Below, piece by piece: positions 59,901-64,000 of a stretch of DNA of 64,000 nt. The notes below the pieces were generated by a model. That model saw only the letters and a list, made by a program, of their open reading frames with translations, was not told the DNA's origin and made no database searches. How positions within the stretch are numbered: the stretch's first letter is position 1; each line of letters begins with the position of its first letter. A program made the position numbers and the translations under genes. The DNA comes from a bacterium (lineage in GTDB: Bacteria; Calditrichota; Calditrichia; RBG-13-44-9; J042): NCBI GenBank assembly GCA_015485355.1, contig WFTQ01000035.1:19572-83571 (forward strand), given 5' to 3'.

Positions 59901-62490
59901 CAATTTTTACACCGACAACGTGGTTAAAGTAACCGGTTATTCGAAGCAGGAGTTTCTGGACGGTGGTTACCCATTCTGGATGAATCTGGTGCATCCGGAA
60001 GATCGCCGGCGGGTGGAACAGAATCTGGCTGAATTGTTGCAGGGGGGATCGGTTTCCGAGGAATACCGCATCATCTGCAAGGACGGCGATGTGCGTTGGA
60101 TTTATGATGTGGCGACCCCTACCCTGGACGACCAGGGCAATATCAAGGAGATCAATGGCATTTGCGTGGATATCACCGATCGCAAGATCACCGAAGAAGC
60201 TTTACGAGAAAGCGAAGAAAATCTGCGCACTTTGATCCATCACATTCCGGACATGATCGTTTTCAAAGATGGTAACGGCCGCTGGCTGGAAGCCAATAAA
60301 ACGGCGCTGGAGCTGTTCGAGCTTACCGATGTGGACTATAAGGGCAAAACCGACCTGGAACTGGCCGAAATCCGTCCCTTTTTTAAGGATGCGCTGGAAT
60401 TTTGCGTGACCTCGGACGAAAAGGCCTGGCGGGATCGCACCCTCACCCGGGGCGAGGAGGTGGTTACCCGCCGCAACGGCGAAGCCCGTATCTTCGATAC
60501 CATTAAGGTCCCCCTGTTTACGCCGGAGGGGCAGCGCAAAGGGCTTCTGGTCATCGGGCGGGATATTACGGAAAACAAACTGGCGGAAAAACGCCTGCGC
60601 GATTCGGAAAAGAGCTATCGGGATTTGTTCAACAGTATACCCGACGCCATTTACGTCCAGGACAAAGAGGGCCGTTTCCTGGACGTAAACCAGGGCGCCG
60701 TCCACATGTATGGTTACTCCAAGGAAGAATTTCTGGGTCGCACCCCGGCGTTTTTGGCCTACCACGATAAAGTGGATATGAAAAAAACCTTCCACCATTT
60801 GAAAAAAGCATTTGCGGGAGAACCTCAAAAATTTGAATGGTGGGGCCTGCGCAAGAACGGCGAAGTTTTTCCCAAAGAAGTGGCATTAACCCGAAGCCAG
60901 TATTTCGGTCAGGAAGTCGTCATTGCGATCGCCCGGGATATTACCGAGCGAAAGCAGGCTCAGGAATTGCTCGAGGCCCAAAAGGAAAGGCTGAGCGTGA
61001 CCCTCCGTTCCATCGGAGAAGGAGTGATCAGTACCAATCAGAAAGGGACCATCACCTTAATCAACCGAGTGGCGGAAAATCTACTGGGATACCACCAAGA
61101 AGAAGTGTTGGGAAAACCCTTGGACGCAGTGTTTCACATTTATGAATGGAAAACCCGCAAGCTCATTCGGAGTCCTTTAAGAGAAATTCTGAAGTCCGGG
61201 ATCATCTGGGAATCGAATTCTCCGATTCTTTTGAAATCGCGCACCGGCCAGGAACGGATCATCCAGGTAAGTTTCGCCCCCATACGGGATAAATCCAGTA
61301 ACAATATTGGTGCGGTGCTGGTTTTTCGGGACATCACCGAGCAGCAGAAGCTGGAAGAAGAATTGGCCCGCACCCAGAAGTTGGAATCCCTGGGAATTCT
61401 GGCCGGTGGGATTGCCCACGATTTCAACAACATTTTGACTTCCATCCTGGGCAACATATCGTTGGCAAAAATCTTTGCCGATCCCAGCGATAAAATCTAC
61501 GAACGGTTGTCGATCGCCGAAAAGGCCACGCTGCGGGCGCAAGACCTTACCCAGCAACTCTTAACTTTTGCCAAAGGGGGAACTCCCATCAAGAAAACCG
61601 CCTCCATCATCGACATTATTAAAGAATCCACCGAATTTGCTTTGCGGGGCTCCAATGTAAAATACGAATTTAATTACAAGGAACCCATCTGGTCTGTGGA
61701 AGTAGACGAGGGCCAGATCAGCCAGGTCATTCAAAACCTGATCATCAACGCGGACCAGGCCATGCCTTCCGGCGGCACCATCTATATTGGCGTGGAAAAT
61801 GTCCGGATATCGGCCAACAATGGGGGCGTTCCCCTGAAACCCGGCCTGTATATCAAAGTCACCATCCGGGACGAAGGGATCGGTATTCCCCCGGAATACC
61901 TGGAAAAGATTTTCGATCCCTTTTTTACCACCAAACAGAAGGGAAGCGGGCTGGGCCTGTCCAGTGCCTATTCCATCATCAAGAAACACGATGGGCACAT
62001 CATGGTTCAATCCTCGGTCGGCGAAGGCACGGTTTTTACCATCTTTCTACCGGCCACCAAGCGGTCTCCCGAAACACCCCGGAAACAGTCCACCGCCGCC
62101 GTGCAGGGACAAGGCAAAATCCTCATCATGGACGACGAGGATTACATCCTGGATATTCTGGCCCAGATTCTCTCTCAGCTGGGCTATCAGGCCATTCCGG
62201 CCCGCACCGGAGAAGAAGCTATTGAAATTTATAACAACCATCTATCCCGGGGCCAGAGGTTCGATGCCGTCATCATGGATTTAACCGTACCCGGAGGCAT
62301 GGGCGGTGTGGAAACCATATCTCGGCTGCGAGAAATTGACCCCGAAGTGGTAGCCATTGTTTCCAGCGGCTATTCCAATGATCCCGTGATGGCCAATTTC
62401 CGGGATTACGGATTCATGGGAGTCATGAAGAAGCCGTACCGCATTGAAGAGGTGAGCGAAATATTACACCATGTGCTTTCCCAGGTTTGA
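56968..62490 (+). CDS. hybrid sensor histidine kinase / response regulator with a periplasmic double beta-propeller (Reg_prop repeats) plus Y_Y_Y domain and multiple cytoplasmic PAS domains
   Basis: 1840 aa. Signal peptide. About 14 propeller repeats (…LWFGSFDGL…, …IWFGT…, repeated). Y_Y_Y-like domain. TM helix ([18 protein letters not shown]). Coiled coil. About 6 PAS/PAC modules. HisKA H-box ([15 protein letters not shown]). HATPase_c (DEGIGIP…GSGLGLS). C-terminal REC (ILIMDDE…[13 protein letters not shown]). Confidence 0.9.
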   Translation: MIKQGMVLPGIIPVNLCVCLFLMLYPFHVAAQKYYFRNYNVEDGLAQSQVLSINQDINGYLWFGSFDGLSRYDGYTFTTFSRKDGLASNSITTSFQDEDGKIWFGHPGGKITIYDPITEQFTILTLSELPTRSDIRKIYKDSRGIFWIASQARKVFTIKNGLISEFNSEDHILDTNVLDIVETPKGEIWFSTRKGIVVYDPVRNSFSLMTTKDGLWTDYVGVLFRDSRGNIWIGYNIGRISVYHANPLHPRFGEYDHMELPDVKDNFVNVIYEDRNQTLWLGSTTSGVLKYLPPTPEHPQPSFEIISEKNGLSKNRVLSILQDREGNLWFGTSGGGVCQFRGKRFEIYGVEEGLIDPIVWSIMQDHQGNYWIATDMGVTFFPLKNDKLDLENYKSISVQDGIPGYHVITMLEDQKGRIWFGTARSGIGIYDPGTGTFEYMNMKNGLLPVNAVFHLKQDQNGRIWMATFGAGALRYDVDTGETLQLTTKEGLSSNFINSVYIDSRGEVWFATDGGGVCKFDGDSITHYTQKDGLTAETIMSITEDANGNMWFGSSGHGLFSFDGKKFLNLTDQDGLSGNLIYSILADGNTLWIGNTRGIDRLNLKDTTFYHYGKLDGVLGLENNQNAIYKDRYGNIWFGTIAGAIKYNPREDRPNLIPPTLRITSVKYFLYDEPVPASAKIPYSKNDIKIYYTALSLSVPEKILYKYKLEGFSEEWSPPTTERSAAFSNLPPGEYVFKVIACNNNGIWSEDAAQYVFTIQSPFWQKAWFILLVIGTLTAGAFGLHRQRVRRIERENLILEERVRTRTQELLEEKEKVEKAYQALQESEEKFRALAETTPSAIFIYQQSQFRYVNPATCQITGYSQDEIMKLKFWEIVHEDYKEIVRRRGLLRQTGTPVPNRYEFKIVTKDGKVKWIDFTARPIIYKNQPAALGTAFDITDRKITEENLMRTEKRLRNVLSNVDAYLWSARINGKGTIEYNFYTDNVVKVTGYSKQEFLDGGYPFWMNLVHPEDRRRVEQNLAELLQGGSVSEEYRIICKDGDVRWIYDVATPTLDDQGNIKEINGICVDITDRKITEEALRESEENLRTLIHHIPDMIVFKDGNGRWLEANKTALELFELTDVDYKGKTDLELAEIRPFFKDALEFCVTSDEKAWRDRTLTRGEEVVTRRNGEARIFDTIKVPLFTPEGQRKGLLVIGRDITENKLAEKRLRDSEKSYRDLFNSIPDAIYVQDKEGRFLDVNQGAVHMYGYSKEEFLGRTPAFLAYHDKVDMKKTFHHLKKAFAGEPQKFEWWGLRKNGEVFPKEVALTRSQYFGQEVVIAIARDITERKQAQELLEAQKERLSVTLRSIGEGVISTNQKGTITLINRVAENLLGYHQEEVLGKPLDAVFHIYEWKTRKLIRSPLREILKSGIIWESNSPILLKSRTGQERIIQVSFAPIRDKSSNNIGAVLVFRDITEQQKLEEELARTQKLESLGILAGGIAHDFNNILTSILGNISLAKIFADPSDKIYERLSIAEKATLRAQDLTQQLLTFAKGGTPIKKTASIIDIIKESTEFALRGSNVKYEFNYKEPIWSVEVDEGQISQVIQNLIINADQAMPSGGTIYIGVENVRISANNGGVPLKPGLYIKVTIRDEGIGIPPEYLEKIFDPFFTTKQKGSGLGLSSAYSIIKKHDGHIMVQSSVGEGTVFTIFLPATKRSPETPRKQSTAAVQGQGKILIMDDEDYILDILAQILSQLGYQAIPARTGEEAIEIYNNHLSRGQRFDAVIMDLTVPGGMGGVETISRLREIDPEVVAIVSSGYSNDPVMANFRDYGFMGVMKKPYRIEEVSEILHHVLSQV

Positions 62491-62675
62491 TGGTCTGCCG
62501 CCACCGGAAAACACGCGGCGTATTTCGAATCCAAAAAGGCGGGGATGTTCTTTTCCTTGACGAATCCCCACGCGGGGCCGTCGTTGGGAGTAATCCGTAC
62601 CGAACCGTTTCTTCTATCGTTTACCCTTGCGGCATCCCGGACCGGCTGAAGAACCGCCGGATTTCTTCAACCCGT

Positions 62676-64000
62676 TCAAGCCAGTTCTTCCAGCTCCACG
62701 GTAAAATGCCGTAGAAACTCCGGTTCATACCGAATGCGAAATCCCTTTAAGCGAGAAGACCGCCGCCGGATGGTTTCCAAGGTCTCGGCCACAAATGCCA
62801 GGTGGGACACCGTATAAACCCGGCGTGGGATGGCCAATCGCACCAGTTCCATGCGGGGAAATTCCCAGTTGCCGCTATCGGTTCTTCGAGCGAACATCAG
62901 GCTACCGATTTCCACGGCCCGTATGCCACCCTCCCGATACAGGGCCACAACAATGGCTTGACCGGGAAATTGGGATTGCGGGATATGGGGGACCATCGCT
63001 CGGGCATCCAGATAGATCGCGTGACCACCAAACGGCTTCAGCACCGGAAGGCCCCTTTCCTGTAATAGACCGCCCAGGTAGGCCACCTGTTCGACTCGAT
63101 GTTTTAGATAACTTTCCTGGAGCACTTCCTGTAAACCCGTAGCCATGGCTTCCATATCGCGTCCGGAAAGTCCTCCATAGGTAGGGAAACCCTCTTTGAG
63201 GACTAAAAGCTCCTTTATCCTTTGCGCCAATCCTTCGTCCCGTAAGGCCAGAAATCCCCCGATATTGACCAGGGCATCCTTTTTGGCACTCATGGTACAG
63301 CCGTCCACGTAGGAAAACATTTCCCTGACAATTTGAGGGATGGATTTATTTTGGTATCCCGCCTCCCGCTGCTGGATAAAATAGCTGTTCTCGGCAAAGC
63401 GGGCGGCGTCGAAAAATAGGGGGATACGATATTCCCGGCAAATCCGGCTGACCTGACGAATGTTCTCCATGGAAACGGGCTGCCCCCCACCGCTGTTATT
63501 GGTAATGGTCAACATGACCAGGGGAATGCGTTCCCGACCGTAAGTGCGGATGGCTTGCTGCAATTTTGCAACGTCCATATTCCCTTTAAAAGGATGTTCC
63601 CGGTAGGGATCGTAGGCATCGTCGATGACGCAATCCAGTGCCGTAGCCCCCAGATATTCCACATTCGCCCGGGTGGTGTCGAAATGAATATTATTAGGCA
63701 CAACATCCCCGGATTTCACCAAGACCGTAAACAGGATATGTTCCGCCGCCCGTCCCTGATGAGTGGGGATCACATGGGGGAATCCCGTGATGGAGCGCAC
63801 CGTTTCCTGAAAGCGAAAGAAACTTCGGGACTGGGCATAGGCCTCATCGCCCTGAAGCAATGCCGCCCACTGATGCTCGCTCATAGCGGGCGTGCCCGAA
63901 TCGGTTAATAAGTCGATGAATACCGCAGCGGCCGGTATCTTAAACACATTAAACCCTGCTTCCCGCAGCAATCGCTCTCTCTCCTCCCTGGGCAACAGCT
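62676..64000 (-). CDS. tnaA: tryptophanase / tyrosine phenol-lyase (beta-eliminating lyase family); the 5' end runs past the right edge of the window
   Basis: …FIDLLTDSGT…IPTHQGRAAEHIL…SAKKDALVNIGGFLA (PLP lysine)…. The frame stays open through position 64000, so the Met at 63995 (a TTG) is probably not the true start. Confidence 0.8.
   Translation of the reverse strand, partial: LLPREERERLLREAGFNVFKIPAAAVFIDLLTDSGTPAMSEHQWAALLQGDEAYAQSRSFFRFQETVRSITGFPHVIPTHQGRAAEHILFTVLVKSGDVVPNNIHFDTTRANVEYLGATALDCVIDDAYDPYREHPFKGNMDVAKLQQAIRTYGRERIPLVMLTITNNSGGGQPVSMENIRQVSRICREYRIPLFFDAARFAENSYFIQQREAGYQNKSIPQIVREMFSYVDGCTMSAKKDALVNIGGFLALRDEGLAQRIKELLVLKEGFPTYGGLSGRDMEAMATGLQEVLQESYLKHRVEQVAYLGGLLQERGLPVLKPFGGHAIYLDARAMVPHIPQSQFPGQAIVVALYREGGIRAVEIGSLMFARRTDSGNWEFPRMELVRLAIPRRVYTVSHLAFVAETLETIRRRSSRLKGFRIRYEPEFLRHFTVELEELA

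Noticed and set aside
1-64000. CRISPR arrays, tRNA/tmRNA genes, transposases or integrases
   Set aside because: I scanned the intergenic regions by eye for direct repeats, GTTCGA-type T-arm motifs and tmRNA or RNase P signatures and found none. No ORF has transposase or integrase motifs. I could not run an exhaustive computational scan, so small elements may have been missed.

Overview
This 64-kb window reads as ordinary chromosome from a moderately GC-rich, Gram-negative bacterium that carries a type IX secretion system (T9SS). It is densely coded, mostly on the minus strand. I found no transposases, integrases, tRNAs or CRISPR arrays.

Two secreted proteins end in the PNPFNP…KMILLK 'type A' T9SS sorting tail. 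With the PorQ/PorV-like barrel, the SusC-like TonB receptor and the BshA bacillithiol enzyme, this points to an FCB-group organism (Bacteroidota, Ignavibacteriota, Calditrichota or Rhodothermota-like). That placement is inference.

Housekeeping and metabolic genes I can support: a partial rlmD, pyruvate kinase, hisS, a HutH-like ammonia-lyase, an FtcD-type formiminotransferase, bshA, a DadA-like oxidoreductase, nhaA, an aspartate-aminotransferase-family enzyme, a GltP-type symporter and a partial tryptophanase.

Envelope and secretome genes: an NHL lipoprotein, a PorQ/V-like barrel, a TonB-dependent receptor, two large T9SS cargo proteins, a serpin lipoprotein, an S1 protease lipoprotein, an M48 peptidase, an S9 peptidase, a tail-fibre-like protein with an S74 intramolecular-chaperone end, and an MMPL/RND exporter.

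Signalling genes: a REC–GAF–GGDEF regulator and an 1840-aa hybrid histidine kinase.

Most interesting observations:
- A probable SRP (4.5S) RNA sits inside an 870-bp gap with no coding signal.
- Two gene remnants: an internally deleted type-II NADH dehydrogenase, and an ABC ATPase cut off exactly at the stop codon of a neighbouring gene.
- That neighbouring gene is an unusual fusion of a GT81 glucosyl/mannosyl-3-phosphoglycerate-synthase-like glycosyltransferase with a PTS EIIA(Ntr)-type domain.
- A near-consensus Fur box lies upstream of an MntH–universal-stress-protein fusion.
- A terminator-like structured leader lies upstream of hisS.
- A T9SS cargo locus carries its own PorQ/V-like barrel and a SusC-like receptor but no recognisable catalytic domains.

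All family calls rest on motifs read by eye; I could not run any searches. The ORF track translates GTG and TTG starts as M, so several start coordinates are approximate.
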